DNA of 64,000 nt, from positions 576,001 to 640,000 of the forward strand of contig CAVXKA010000003.1 in NCBI GenBank assembly GCA_963762255.1. Reading direction: 5' to 3'. The notes below the pieces were generated by a model that did not search any database, was not told where the DNA came from, and saw only the letters and a program-made list of their open reading frames with translations. Source of the stretch: Candidatus Eiseniibacteriota bacterium (GTDB lineage Bacteria; Eisenbacteria; RBG-16-71-46; JABDJR01). This document shows positions 12,438-21,968 of the stretch, piece by piece. The stretch's first letter is position 1. Every line of letters starts with the position of its first letter. The position numbers and the translations under genes are program-made.

Positions 12438-12881
12438 TCAGTGAAGCCGGGAGTGGATCAGATCAGGAGGGTGGTCGTTCGCAGGCGGCGGAGACTCGAT
12501 CCCGCGCCAAGTAGTAGCTCGGCTCCGCGGTGAGCGGGGCTGGCGTTCATCGGAAAGAGAATTGTGGTCGATTGGCCGAGGTAGCCGGATAGGAACGTCA
12601 GGGGTTCTGGCGAGCGGGGCCCCCTGGATGAGCGGAGTATCTTCGCAGGCCGCGCCGTCGATAGCGGCATCCACGGCGGTCGGCTCGTTCAAGCCCGCCG
12701 TGGCGGCTGAGGGAACGTCGGGTGTTTCCGCACGGCAACACGAGTTGAATCGGGTCTCAAGGCTGAGGTGACCGTCGGATCCCCAACAGATGGCAGCATC
12801 CGCCGCGCCCAGGCCGAGGAGGCTGAGGACGAGGAGAAGGGTCACGCACGTGCGGGGCGTTCTGCGGGTGAGCTGCGTCAT
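12438..12881 (-). CDS. Small exported Cys/His-containing protein heading the czc cluster (CzcI-like position), possibly frameshifted
   Basis: Signal peptide then ICWGSDGHLSLE, SCC, CEDTPL; ATGA overlap with the carB stop; an alternative frame ends LRTTTLLI* at 12458. Confidence 0.65.
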   Translation of the reverse strand: MTQLTRRTPRTCVTLLLVLSLLGLGAADAAICWGSDGHLSLETRFNSCCRAETPDVPSAATAGLNEPTAVDAAIDGAACEDTPLIQGAPLARTPDVPIRLPRPIDHNSLSDERQPRSPRSRATTWRGIESPPPANDHPPDLIHSRLH

Positions 12882-15800
12882 GAGCGTCCAGTGTACACCA
12901 TCGGTCGCATGTCCTGCAGCGCCCGCACCTCGAAGGCCCCCGCCTTCATCGCCTCGATCCCGCACACGGCGGCCACCGCTCCAGCGAGCGTGGTGACGCA
13001 GGTCACCCCCTGCTCGGTCGCGGCCAGCCGGATCGCGCGGTCGTCCACCTTGGCTCTGCGTCCCTGCGGGGTGTTGAGCACGAGCTTCACCTCGCCGGAA
13101 GCGATGAGGTCCACGACGTCGGGGCGGCCCTCGCCCACTTTGTGCACCGCACGCACCGGCACGCCGTTCATCCTGAGGAAGCGCGCCGTGCCCTGCGTTG
13201 CGAGGAGGTCGAAGCCGAGGGTGACCAGCTGTTTCGACAGAAACACCACCGCGCGCTTGTCGTCGTCGTGCACGCTCAAGAACACGCCGCCGCTCTCCGG
13301 AAGCGGCTCCCCCGCCGCGAGCTGCGCCTTGGCGTAGGCCTCGCCGAAGGTCGCGCCGGTGCCCATCACTTCCCCGGTGGACTTCATCTCCGGCCCAAGA
13401 AGCGTGTCCTGGCCTGGAAAGCGGTCGAAGGGGAGCACCGGCTTCTTCACGCTGACGAGGAAACCTTCCTTGCCCGGTTCGCGCTCCGATCGGTGCGCGT
13501 CTTCGGGGAGCGGATGACCCAGCAAGACCTGAACCGCGAGGCGTACAAGCGGGATCCCCGTCGCCTTGCTCACGAACGGTACCGTGCGCGAGGCCCGCGG
13601 GTTGGCCTCGATGATGCTGATGACATCGTCCTTGACCGCGAACTGGACGTTGAGGAGGCCCTTCACCCCCAGTGTACGCGCAAGCTTGGCGGTGATCGCC
13701 TGAAGTTCGTGTTCCGTTTGCGCGCCTACGGAGTACGGCGGGGTGAGGCACGACGAGTCACCGGAGTGGACGCCCGCTTCCTCGATGTGCTCGAGCACGG
13801 CGCCCACGATCACGTTCGTGCCGTCGGAAACCGCGTCCACGTCGAGCTCGACGGCGTCTTCCAGGAACGCGTCCAGCAGCACCGGCTCTTCCGGCGAAAC
13901 CTGCATGCCTTCAGCGAGGAGCCCTTCGAGGTCGTGCCGCGAGTAGATGATGCGCATACCGCGCCCGCCCAGCACGAAGGAGGGGCGCACCAGGACGGGG
14001 TAGCCGATGGCCTCTGCCTCGCGGATCACGTCGCGGCGGTCGAAGGCGAGGCGGCTGCGCGGCTGGTTCAAACCGAGGCGCTTGACCAGCGCGCGCCACG
14101 ACTCGCGGTTCTCGGCGGCGTCGATGGCCTTGCGCGAGGTGCCAAGGATCGGGACTCGCGCTTCTTCGACCGTGCGCGCGAGCTTCAACGGCGTCTGCCC
14201 GCCGAACTGCAGGACCACGCCGGCCGGGCGTTCCTTCTCCAGGACGTTGAGCACATGCTCGCGGGTGAGCGGTTCGAAGTAGAGGCGGTCCGAGGTGTCG
14301 TAATCGGTGGAGACCGTCTCCGGGTTCGAGTTGATGAAGATGACCGGGCGTCCGGCCTCGCGCAGCGCCTTGGCCGCGCGCACGCAGCAGTAGTCGAACT
14401 CGACCCCCTGACCGATGCGGTTGGGGCCACTCCCCAGCACGACCACGGAGTCGGAGCCGAGGGGCGCGCCTTCATCCTCGTCTTCGTAGGTCGAGTAGAA
14501 GTAGGGCGTCTCCGCGGGGAACTCGGCGGCGCAGGTGTCGACCGCCTTGAATACGGGGCGCACCCCGAGGCGCGCGCGCAGGGAGCGAATCTCGTCTTCC
14601 GGCAGGTCGATGAGATGGCCGAGATGCGCGTCGCCGAGGCCGCAGCGCTTGGCTTCTTTGAGCGCGGCGCGGACTTCGGCTTCGCGGTTGTTGCGCAGGT
14701 GGCCGGGGAGGTCGCGGCGGATCGCGCTCTCGGTCGTGACGATCTCTGCCATGCGGTCGAGAAACCAGAGATCGATGCCGGTCTCTGCCGCGAGCTGCTC
14801 CGGTGTGCGTCCGCGGCGTAGCGCCTGCAAGAGTTGAAACGGCCGGCGCCATGTGGGGCGGGCGACATCGTCGTGCGCGGCGCGGCCGGTGGGGGCGGCG
14901 ATCGCTGCGGCAGCGGGGACGCCCTGCTGACCGGCGTGAAAGCCCCTCGCCTCGGATCAGCTCCTCCAGGTTCTCGATCTCGAGGCTCATGAGCGCTTTC
15001 ATGTACGCCTCGGGGAAGGTGCGCCCGATCGCCATCACCTCCCCCACCGACTTCATCCGCGTGCCCAACGTGTCCGAGGCTTGCGGGAACTTCTCGAACG
15101 GCCAGCGCGGGATCTTCACCACGACGTAGTCGAGCGCGGGCTCGAAGCAGGCCGGAGTGACGCGCGTGATGTCGTTGGCGATCTCATCCAGCGTGTAGCC
15201 CACGGCAAGCCGCGCCGCGATCTTGGCGATCGGAAACCCGGTGGCCTTGCTGGCGAGCGCGCTCGAGCGCGACACGCGCGGGTTCATCTCGATCACCACG
15301 ATCCGCCCGTCGCGCGGGTTCATCGCGAACTGCACGTTGCTCCCACCGGTGTCCACGCCCACCGCGCGCAGCACTTCCAGTGCCATGTCGCGCAGGCGCT
15401 GGTATTCGCGGTCGGTGAGCGTCTGGATGGGGGCGACGGTGATGGAGTCGCCGGTGTGAACCCCCATCGGGTCGAGGTTCTCGATGCCGCAGACGATGAC
15501 CGCGTTGTCCTTGCGGTCGCGCATGACCTCGAGCTCGAACTCCTTCCAGCCGGTCAGGTCTTCTTCGACCAACACGGTGCCGACCGGGCTCAGACGGAGG
15601 GCATCCTTGGCGATTGCGAGCAGCTCGTCTTCGTTCATGGCGCGGCCACCGCCCGCCCCGCCCAGGGTAAAGCTGGGCCTCAAGATAACCGGATAACCAA
15701 TTGTGTTAGCTTGTGATGCGGCCGCCTTAATGGACTGCGCGAAGTGCGATCGCGGAAGCGGGATGTTGGCCCGCTTCATGGTCTCGCGGAAGAGGTCGCG

Positions 15801-16199
15801 GTCCTCGGCCTTCTTGATCGCATCGAGGCTGGCGCCGATGAGCTTCACGCCCAGGCGGTCGAGCGTGCCGTCTTCCGCCAACTTGACCGCGACGTTCAAT
15901 GCGGTCTGCCCACCGAGGGTGGGAAGGATCGCGTCGACCTGCTCCTTCTCGAGGATCCTGGCGACGACTTCGGGCGTGATCGGCTCCAGGTAGGTGCGGT
16001 CGGCCACCTCCGGGTCGGTCATGATGGTGGCCGGGTTCGAGTTCACGAGGACGACTCGGTAGCCCTCTTCCTTGAGCACGCGACAGGCTTGCGTGCCGGA
16101 GTAGTCGAACTCGCACGCCTGCCCGATGACGATGGGGCCGGAGCCGAGGAGGAGGATGGAGCGAGCGCCGCCGCCTCCCCAAGTCACCGCGTTGCTCAT
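12878..16199 (-). CDS. carB: Carbamoyl-phosphate synthase large subunit, one apparent frameshift near 14945
   Basis: [17 protein letters not shown] in the N-half and [17 protein letters not shown] plus an MGS domain in the C-half; the halves join by a 1-nt shift at a C4 run (14943-14946). Confidence 0.95.
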
Positions 16200-16240
16200 T
16201 CCCTAATAGACCTCATATACAGGGGTTCTCGCCATCGCAC

Positions 16241-17764
16241 CTAGGCCGGCAGCTTACCCTTGATGTTCGCCATCACGACGTCGAATGCAGCGTCGAGATA
16301 CGGCAACCTCTCCTCCCCCGTCCACCAGGGTGTGAGGTGCTGGGCGAACATCCACTTCCTTGTATCCATGCCGTCATTTGCACGCTCGGCGTAGCTCAGA
16401 ATCTGGGGCAGTGAAGCGCGCCCGCCGCGCAGGGCTGCAATCAAGTGGTCGAACTCATCAACTCCTATCACGAACATCTTCCCTGGCGCGATGAGGTCAT
16501 TTCCACCCTCCAAGCCTGGCTCCATCCGCATCACCGCCTCTTCGAGAAACTCTTCCCAGGCCACGTTTATCGGGCCCAAGTAGAGGTCGAAGTAGGTCAC
16601 GACAATCAAGTAGATGTTGCTGCGATTCGGAACATGCACGCGCGAATCCGTTGCGCGGATGCTGCGAGCCATGCTCCTCCCTTGCACTATTGCCTTGACG
16701 ACACTGCCCTTCAAAGCACTTGCGAGAAGAGGGTAATCTGGGTACGCCTTCACGATCGCGCCAATATCCGAGACCTTCGCTTCTACCAGTACGGTTGCCC
16801 CCTCTGACCTGATCAAGAAGTCAGTAACCTTTTCGGATTCCGACAACTGTTTCCTTAACGCACTCTCTCGGTCAAAATCCAATCCTGCCGCACTAAGCCC
16901 CCCCGCAACGTAATCCTCAAATATGTCTCCAAACGCCTCCGCGGCTGCGCTGCCCCCAATGGCCTTGATACTTGAGTAGGCAAGGTGCCGCTGGGCCTCT
17001 TCAAAGACCTTTCGAGATGGGACATAGTATTGGCCGTGAACCTCGATCACCGGATGAAGGAAGAGGGGAGATTTCTCCATCATCTGGAAGACCGGCATAC
17101 GGACTGTCCCCTCGCGAGCGGCCAGTTCCGTCTTCAGTTCCTCGATACTGATCGCCACCGCGCTCCTGAACCCCCGAACCAAATCACTACTGTAGGCTGA
17201 CGTGCGCAAGAGTGATGGAGGCAAGACGTGCAAGTGGGGGTTCTTTGTCAGCCAAGCCCAATGGACCAGCGACAACTCCACAAACTCTGACAGGCCAATA
17301 CCTCGCGCCTCAACGAACAACTTCTGGAGAATGTGGTCCTCGGGCAAACCGCCCAACAACAGCGCCTGCCGCGAGACCTCCCATTGAGAAAGGGGCATCT
17401 GGGCCCAGAACTGCTGGAAGGAGAGGGCTCGCATGAACTTGGCCGGCGGCACGGAATCGTTCTCGGGCAAGATCGGCTGGAATCGTGTCAACTCATTGAC
17501 CAAGTTCATGAGCTTGGTGAGCAGGGGGCGCTCAAGACGCTTCGACGGGTACTGCTCCCCCGCGTACTCGATCCCCCAACGCAGTAGGAGCAGCAGTCCC
17601 CACGGATTCCAGCCTTGCCATTCCGGGGGCCGCAGGATCTCGACCCGCCTCAGCTCCTTGGCGATGCCGACAATCAACGACTCCGAATCCAATTCCCTCA
17701 GTCGATTCCGGAGATACTTGAACTCCTTGTCGAATTGTTCTTCTGAGAGAGGCGTGGGCGTCAT
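16241..17764 (-). CDS. Hypothetical protein with C-terminal PD-(D/E)xK nuclease-like motif, possible antiphage factor
   Basis: 507 aa; FGDIFEDYV...KVTDFLI...VLVEAK; visibly AT-richer than its neighbours; sits between carA and carB. Confidence 0.65.
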   Translation of the reverse strand: MTPTPLSEEQFDKEFKYLRNRLRELDSESLIVGIAKELRRVEILRPPEWQGWNPWGLLLLLRWGIEYAGEQYPSKRLERPLLTKLMNLVNELTRFQPILPENDSVPPAKFMRALSFQQFWAQMPLSQWEVSRQALLLGGLPEDHILQKLFVEARGIGLSEFVELSLVHWAWLTKNPHLHVLPPSLLRTSAYSSDLVRGFRSAVAISIEELKTELAAREGTVRMPVFQMMEKSPLFLHPVIEVHGQYYVPSRKVFEEAQRHLAYSSIKAIGGSAAAEAFGDIFEDYVAGGLSAAGLDFDRESALRKQLSESEKVTDFLIRSEGATVLVEAKVSDIGAIVKAYPDYPLLASALKGSVVKAIVQGRSMARSIRATDSRVHVPNRSNIYLIVVTYFDLYLGPINVAWEEFLEEAVMRMEPGLEGGNDLIAPGKMFVIGVDEFDHLIAALRGGRASLPQILSYAERANDGMDTRKWMFAQHLTPWWTGEERLPYLDAAFDVVMANIKGKLPA

Positions 17765-19011
17765 GAGAGTCCCATCAAGGGGTTAGGGGCCCGCCGCCAC
17801 ACAGAGCGCCCGTCATGCGGCCCACCGTTCGCCTCCGGATGAAACTGCACAGCGTCCACGCGCAGACCCGACACGCGGAAACCCTCCAGCACGCCGTCGT
17901 TGAGGCTCACGTACGACGCCTCCGCACCCCGCGCAACATCGCCGCCGGCCGCAGCGCGCACTGAATCCAGATCCACCGCGAACCCGTGATTCTGACTCGT
18001 CACCAGCACCCGCCCCGTGGCGACCTCGCGCACCGGGTGGTTGATGCCGTGATGTCCGTACTTCATCTTGAAGGTGCGGCCGCCGAGCGCGAGCCCCAGG
18101 ATCTGGTGCCCGAGGCAGATGCCCAGGATCGGCACCCGCCCAATCACCGCGCGCACGGACTTGATGAGGTTCTCCAGCGCCGCCGGGTCGCCGGGACCGT
18201 TGGAGAGAACGATCCCGTCCGGGTTGCCGCGCAGGAGTTCCTCAGCATCGGCGTTGGGAGCCACGATCCGCACGCGCGCACCTCGGCGACGCAACGACGC
18301 ATCGATCCCTTCCTTCAATCCGCAGTGAACCAGCGTGATCCGCCGGCCCTCGCCCGCCAACCGTCCGTCGGCGTCTCGCGTGTGAAGCGGAAACTCGTCG
18401 GCGAGTTCCGCCGCCGCTTCCCGCGACTCGACGGAGCGCCCGTGCAGCCAGGCCGGCGGCTCGTCCCAACCACGCCAATCCGTGTCGTGCACCGAGGGCG
18501 CCACCTCCTGCACGAGATCCCGCCCCACCAGCCCGGGGAATGTCCGCACGCGGGCCAGCGCCGCGTCCTCGGCGACTGAAGCCGCAGCCAACAGGCCGCG
18601 CATGGCTCCCGACTCGCGCAGGTGCCGCGTCAACGCGCGCGTGTCCACTTCCGTGAGGCAAGGCACCGAATGTCGCGTGAGGTAGTCGATCAGGGACTCC
18701 TCCGACCGCCACGATGACGGCCGCCCCGGCACCGAGCGCGTCACGATCCCGGCCAGCGCCGGCCGGGCCGCCTCGTTGTCGAACGCGTTCATCCCCGTGT
18801 TGCCGATATGGCTCGCGGTGAAGGTCACGATCTGACCGCGGTAGGAAGGATCGGTGATGACCTCCTGGTAGCCGGTCATCCCGGTCTGGAAGACGACCTC
18901 GCCGATGCCGGGCGAATCGTTCTGCGCGGGTAAGCCGGCGAGTGCGCCGCCGATCAACAATCCGTTGAATCGGCGGCCGTCTTCGAGAAGGAGGTAGCCG
19001 GGAGCGGTCAT
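17761..19011 (-). CDS. carA: Carbamoyl-phosphate synthase small subunit
   Basis: GEVVFQTGMTGYQEVITDPSY, SNGPGDP, GICLGHQ, SQNHGF, VQFHPE. Confidence 0.97.
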   Translation of the reverse strand: MTAPGYLLLEDGRRFNGLLIGGALAGLPAQNDSPGIGEVVFQTGMTGYQEVITDPSYRGQIVTFTASHIGNTGMNAFDNEAARPALAGIVTRSVPGRPSSWRSEESLIDYLTRHSVPCLTEVDTRALTRHLRESGAMRGLLAAASVAEDAALARVRTFPGLVGRDLVQEVAPSVHDTDWRGWDEPPAWLHGRSVESREAAAELADEFPLHTRDADGRLAGEGRRITLVHCGLKEGIDASLRRRGARVRIVAPNADAEELLRGNPDGIVLSNGPGDPAALENLIKSVRAVIGRVPILGICLGHQILGLALGGRTFKMKYGHHGINHPVREVATGRVLVTSQNHGFAVDLDSVRAAAGGDVARGAEASYVSLNDGVLEGFRVSGLRVDAVQFHPEANGGPHDGRSVWRRAPNPLMGLS

Positions 19012-19496
19012 CGAGAGGCGGACGCCGCCAGGAGCTGGGCCAACTGGAACTCGTGCCGGATGGGATGCATGACCGCGTGCTCGAGCATCGCATCGATGCA
19101 GTACTTCGTCTTCCAGCGGGAATCGAACTCCGGGTGCTCAAAACGGTCCTCGGTCACGGACGCGAGCGGCGTGCGCCACCGCTCTAGGAGGTGCTCCACG
19201 AACTCATCCACATCTGCCTCGACCGTGTCCGCGGTCGGGGCCGGCCGTATCCCCGGATCGGGAAGATCGAGCACGTCACACATCCAGGTCATGTACCCGC
19301 GGGCCGCGCGGCACACGTGAGCCAGAACCGCCTCCAACGAGACGTAGCTCGGGTCGGTGGTGACCGGCAATACGACTCCCGCCGCCTTCGCGCGCTTCCA
19401 CGTCGCGAGGAAGCTGCGAAGGTGGCGCTCGTGCAGGATTACCATGGCTCGCGCGCCGGCGTAGCTGTATTCCGGGAGGCCCGACTGAGTGTCCAT
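19008..19496 (-). CDS. DinB/YfiT-like four-helix protein
   Basis: VLAHVC and MLEHAVMHPIRH His pattern; start ATG 19496; its stop overlaps the carA start. Confidence 0.65.
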   Translation of the reverse strand: MDTQSGLPEYSYAGARAMVILHERHLRSFLATWKRAKAAGVVLPVTTDPSYVSLEAVLAHVCRAARGYMTWMCDVLDLPDPGIRPAPTADTVEADVDEFVEHLLERWRTPLASVTEDRFEHPEFDSRWKTKYCIDAMLEHAVMHPIRHEFQLAQLLAASASR

Positions 19497-19513
19497 GATT
19501 GTTCCCGCCCTGA

Positions 19514-19531
19514 TGATCACCCGGGTGAGCA
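19514..19531. repeat. Palindrome copy 1, TGATCACCCGGGTGAGCA (1 mismatch)
   Basis: Direct reading of the sequence. Confidence 0.9.
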
Positions 19532-19536
19532 ACCCG

Positions 19537-19550
19537 TTTCCCCGGGGAAA
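19537..19550. repeat. Perfect 14-bp palindrome TTTCCCCGGGGAAA
   Basis: Direct reading; lies between palindrome copies 1 and 2. Confidence 0.8.
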
Positions 19551-19591
19551 ATGGTTCGCGTTAACCGACCCGCGGACGCTCCGAATCCATG

Positions 19592-19609
19592 TGCTCACCC
19601 GGGTGAGCA
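19592..19609. repeat. Palindrome copy 2, TGCTCACCCGGGTGAGCA (perfect 18 bp)
   Basis: Direct reading. Confidence 0.95.
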
Positions 19610-19658
19610 TTCTGAAGTGTACCCGTACTCATCGTCCGCATGAATCGGACAGCTCCGT

Positions 19659-19988
19659 TCATGGCGCAAACATCTCGCCGAGTACCTTCAGAACTTCCTC
19701 AGCGGTGCGCTTGTCGATCCGCCCAAGCTTCTTGACCAGGCGGATTGAATCGACGGTGCGCAACTGATCGAGGACGATCTGCCCGTCCTTTCCCTTGAAG
19801 CGACACGCCACCCGCGTCGGGTACGAACGCCCCTGGGTCGTCATCGGTGCGACGATCATCGTGCGGATCGCGTGGTTTATCTCGTCGGGAGAGACGACCA
19901 GACAGGGCCGTGTCTTCTTGATCTCTCTCCCGATCGTCGGGTCCAGGTTAACGAGATGGACCTCGAAGCGGTTGATCACCACTCCCAC
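19659..19988 (-). CDS. mazF: Type II toxin, PemK/MazF family endoribonuclease
   Basis: VNLDPTIGREIKKTRPCLVVSPDE, IVAPMTT, IVLDQLRTVD; GTG start overlapping the mazE end. Confidence 0.95.
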   Translation of the reverse strand: MGVVINRFEVHLVNLDPTIGREIKKTRPCLVVSPDEINHAIRTMIVAPMTTQGRSYPTRVACRFKGKDGQIVLDQLRTVDSIRLVKKLGRIDKRTAEEVLKVLGEMFAP

Positions 19989-20230
19989 TCCCCGTCGTCC
20001 CACGCCGTAGGCAGGGACCGGGCCCCTTCAATGAGGCGATCGTCCGCCCGAGAGGCCATGACAGCGAACGCCTCGGCCCACCCCGCGCGCGGCGGGTTGG
20101 CCGGGCTGATAACCAAGGTGTTTCCCTTGACTGAGATGACAACCTCTTCGGAAATGCCGGTCTGCTCGATCAGAGGTTTCGGGATTCGTATGCCCTGCGA
20201 GTTGCCAATCTTCACGATTCTCGCCTTCAT
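19976..20230 (-). CDS. mazE: AbrB/MazE/SpoVT family antitoxin
   Basis: IVKIGNSQGIRIPK, RAGWAEAF, WDDGEWEW C terminus. Confidence 0.95.
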   Translation of the reverse strand: MKARIVKIGNSQGIRIPKPLIEQTGISEEVVISVKGNTLVISPANPPRAGWAEAFAVMASRADDRLIEGARSLPTAWDDGEWEW

Positions 20231-20245
20231 GGTCGGGTCTCCTGT

Positions 20246-20283
20246 GTGACCACATTGTAATCACGTACCCTGGGCCCCGTCAA
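20246..20283 (-). promoter_or_regulatory. mazEF promoter TTGACG-N18-TACAAT with overlapping operator GTGACCACA-T-TGTAATCAC
   Basis: -35 at 20278-20283, -10 at 20254-20259, imperfect inverted repeat at 20246-20264 typical of TA autoregulation. Confidence 0.7.
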
Positions 20284-20285
20284 GT

Positions 20286-20303
20286 CGCTCACCCGGGTGA
20301 GCA
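20286..20303. repeat. Palindrome copy 3, cGCTCACCCGGGTGAGCA
   Basis: Direct reading; immediately upstream of the mazEF -35 box. Confidence 0.95.
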
Positions 20304-20308
20304 CGCCG

Positions 20309-20569
20309 CTAGCTCGCGCCTCGCTCACGTGGTTTGGCCAGCGGCTTGTCGCGCGCCGCCCTCCCCTGTAACCACCCCGTGACCAGCTCGACCACTGTCA
20401 TGCTGAGAATGAAGCACGCCCCAAGAAGGAAATACCTCATGAGAAGCCCGCGCGCGTCGACAAACCGTTCCGCCACGTCCTGGAACAGGACGCAGAGCGT
20501 CGCGAACATGCCGATCTCGAGCCAGTACGCCCTACCGGTTGACCTCCGGGACTCCTCCGTGAACAGCAT
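20309..20569 (-). CDS. Small two-TM hypothetical membrane protein
   Basis: 86 aa, two hydrophobic segments, GAGGG RBS, fills the gap after pyrC. Confidence 0.55.
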   Translation of the reverse strand: MLFTEESRRSTGRAYWLEIGMFATLCVLFQDVAERFVDARGLLMRYFLLGACFILSMTVVELVTGWLQGRAARDKPLAKPRERGAS

Positions 20570-20597
20570 TTCGATCCCTCCTCAACGAGGCCTCTCG

Positions 20598-21968
20598 TTA
20601 CTTCGCCACGACCTCCGCGGCCCCCTTCGGCGTCACCGACTTATCGTGGTAGAGCACGCGCCCTCCGGCCACCGTGACCACCGGCAACCCCGTCAGGGTC
20701 TGCCCGATCCACGGACAGTTGAAGCTGCGGCTCACGAAGTCGCCTGCCCGCACGTCCCAGGAAGCGCCCAGATCCAGGATCGTGAAGTCCGCGGGCGCGC
20801 CGTCCCGCACCGGCCCGTGCTCCAGATCCAGCACCGACGCCGGCCCCAACGACATCGCGCGCACCAGCGTGGTCAGATCCAGCAACCCCGTCTTCACCAG
20901 CGCGGTGTGAAGCGCCGGGAACGCCGTCTCGACCCCGATCACGCCGTTCGGCGCGGCGTCGAACTCGACGTCCTTGTCGATCTCGGTGTGCGGCGCGTGG
21001 TCGGTGGCGATCGCCGCGATCACGCCGTCCTTGATCCCCTGGATCAGCGCCTGCCGATCCGACTCCTCGCGCAGGGGTGGAGCCATCTTGAAGTTGGGGT
21101 CGTAGGTCTCGAGCATCTCGTCGGTGAAGCAGAGGTGGTGCGGCGAGGCCTCGCCGGTCACATGCAGCCCACGCGCCTGCGCCTCGCGGATCATCTCCAC
21201 CGTGGCCGCGCAGGAGACATGCGCGACGTGAATCCGACCGCCGGTGTGCTCCACCAGCCGGATGTCCCGCGCCACGATCACCTCTTCCGAGGCGCGCGGC
21301 ACCGCCTTCAGCCCGAGCTTGGTGGCCATGTACCCCTCGTGGGCGACGCCGTTCCCCTTGAGATCGCGGTCTTCCGCATGGGTCACAATCACCTTCCGCA
21401 GCATCCCCGCGTACTCGAGCGCCCGCCGCATGAGGTTGGCGTTCATGATGGTCTTCCCGTCGTCGGAGAAAGCCACCGCGCCGGCCTCCGCGAGGTCGAA
21501 CATCTCGGTGAGCTCGTTCCCCTCCAGGCCGCGACTCACCGCCGCCATCGGATAGACCATGCTCATCCCGGCCGAGCGCGCGCGCTCCAGCACGAAGCGC
21601 ACCGACTGCGGGTCGTCCACCGGCGGATGCGTGTTGGCCATCGAGGCCACCGCGATGAACCCGCCCCGCGCCGCCGCCGCGGTTCCGCTCGCGATGGTCT
21701 CGGCGTCCTCGTTCCCCGGCTCGCGCAGATGGACGTGGATGTCGATGAGCCCCGGCACCGCGAGCCGCCCGGCCATACCGAACACCAGCGCATCGTCGGG
21801 GTGATCCGACCCGCGCGTGAACCGCACGAGCCCGTCCTTCACCAGGACATCGTGCTTTGCGCGCTTGCCGGTCTCCGGATCGAGTACCTCGAGCCCCGTG
21901 AACACGAGAGGCCGGCGGTGCGAGTCCCACTCCGACACCTTCATGGCTTGCCAGCGTTCCATCGTCAT
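20598..21968 (-). CDS. pyrC: Dihydroorotase (type I)
   Basis: [37 protein letters not shown]; ATGA overlap with pyrB. Confidence 0.97.
   Translation of the reverse strand: MTMERWQAMKVSEWDSHRRPLVFTGLEVLDPETGKRAKHDVLVKDGLVRFTRGSDHPDDALVFGMAGRLAVPGLIDIHVHLREPGNEDAETIASGTAAAARGGFIAVASMANTHPPVDDPQSVRFVLERARSAGMSMVYPMAAVSRGLEGNELTEMFDLAEAGAVAFSDDGKTIMNANLMRRALEYAGMLRKVIVTHAEDRDLKGNGVAHEGYMATKLGLKAVPRASEEVIVARDIRLVEHTGGRIHVAHVSCAATVEMIREAQARGLHVTGEASPHHLCFTDEMLETYDPNFKMAPPLREESDRQALIQGIKDGVIAAIATDHAPHTEIDKDVEFDAAPNGVIGVETAFPALHTALVKTGLLDLTTLVRAMSLGPASVLDLEHGPVRDGAPADFTILDLGASWDVRAGDFVSRSFNCPWIGQTLTGLPVVTVAGGRVLYHDKSVTPKGAAEVVAK

Noticed and set aside
19497-19610. N-terminal extension of the DinB ORF with LTRV repeats
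   Set aside because: This is simply translation of the palindromes; ATG 19496 is the more plausible start
19514-20303. CRISPR array or integron attC sites
   Set aside because: Only three irregularly spaced copies, no cas or intI gene, and no RYYYAAC/GTTRRRY boxes
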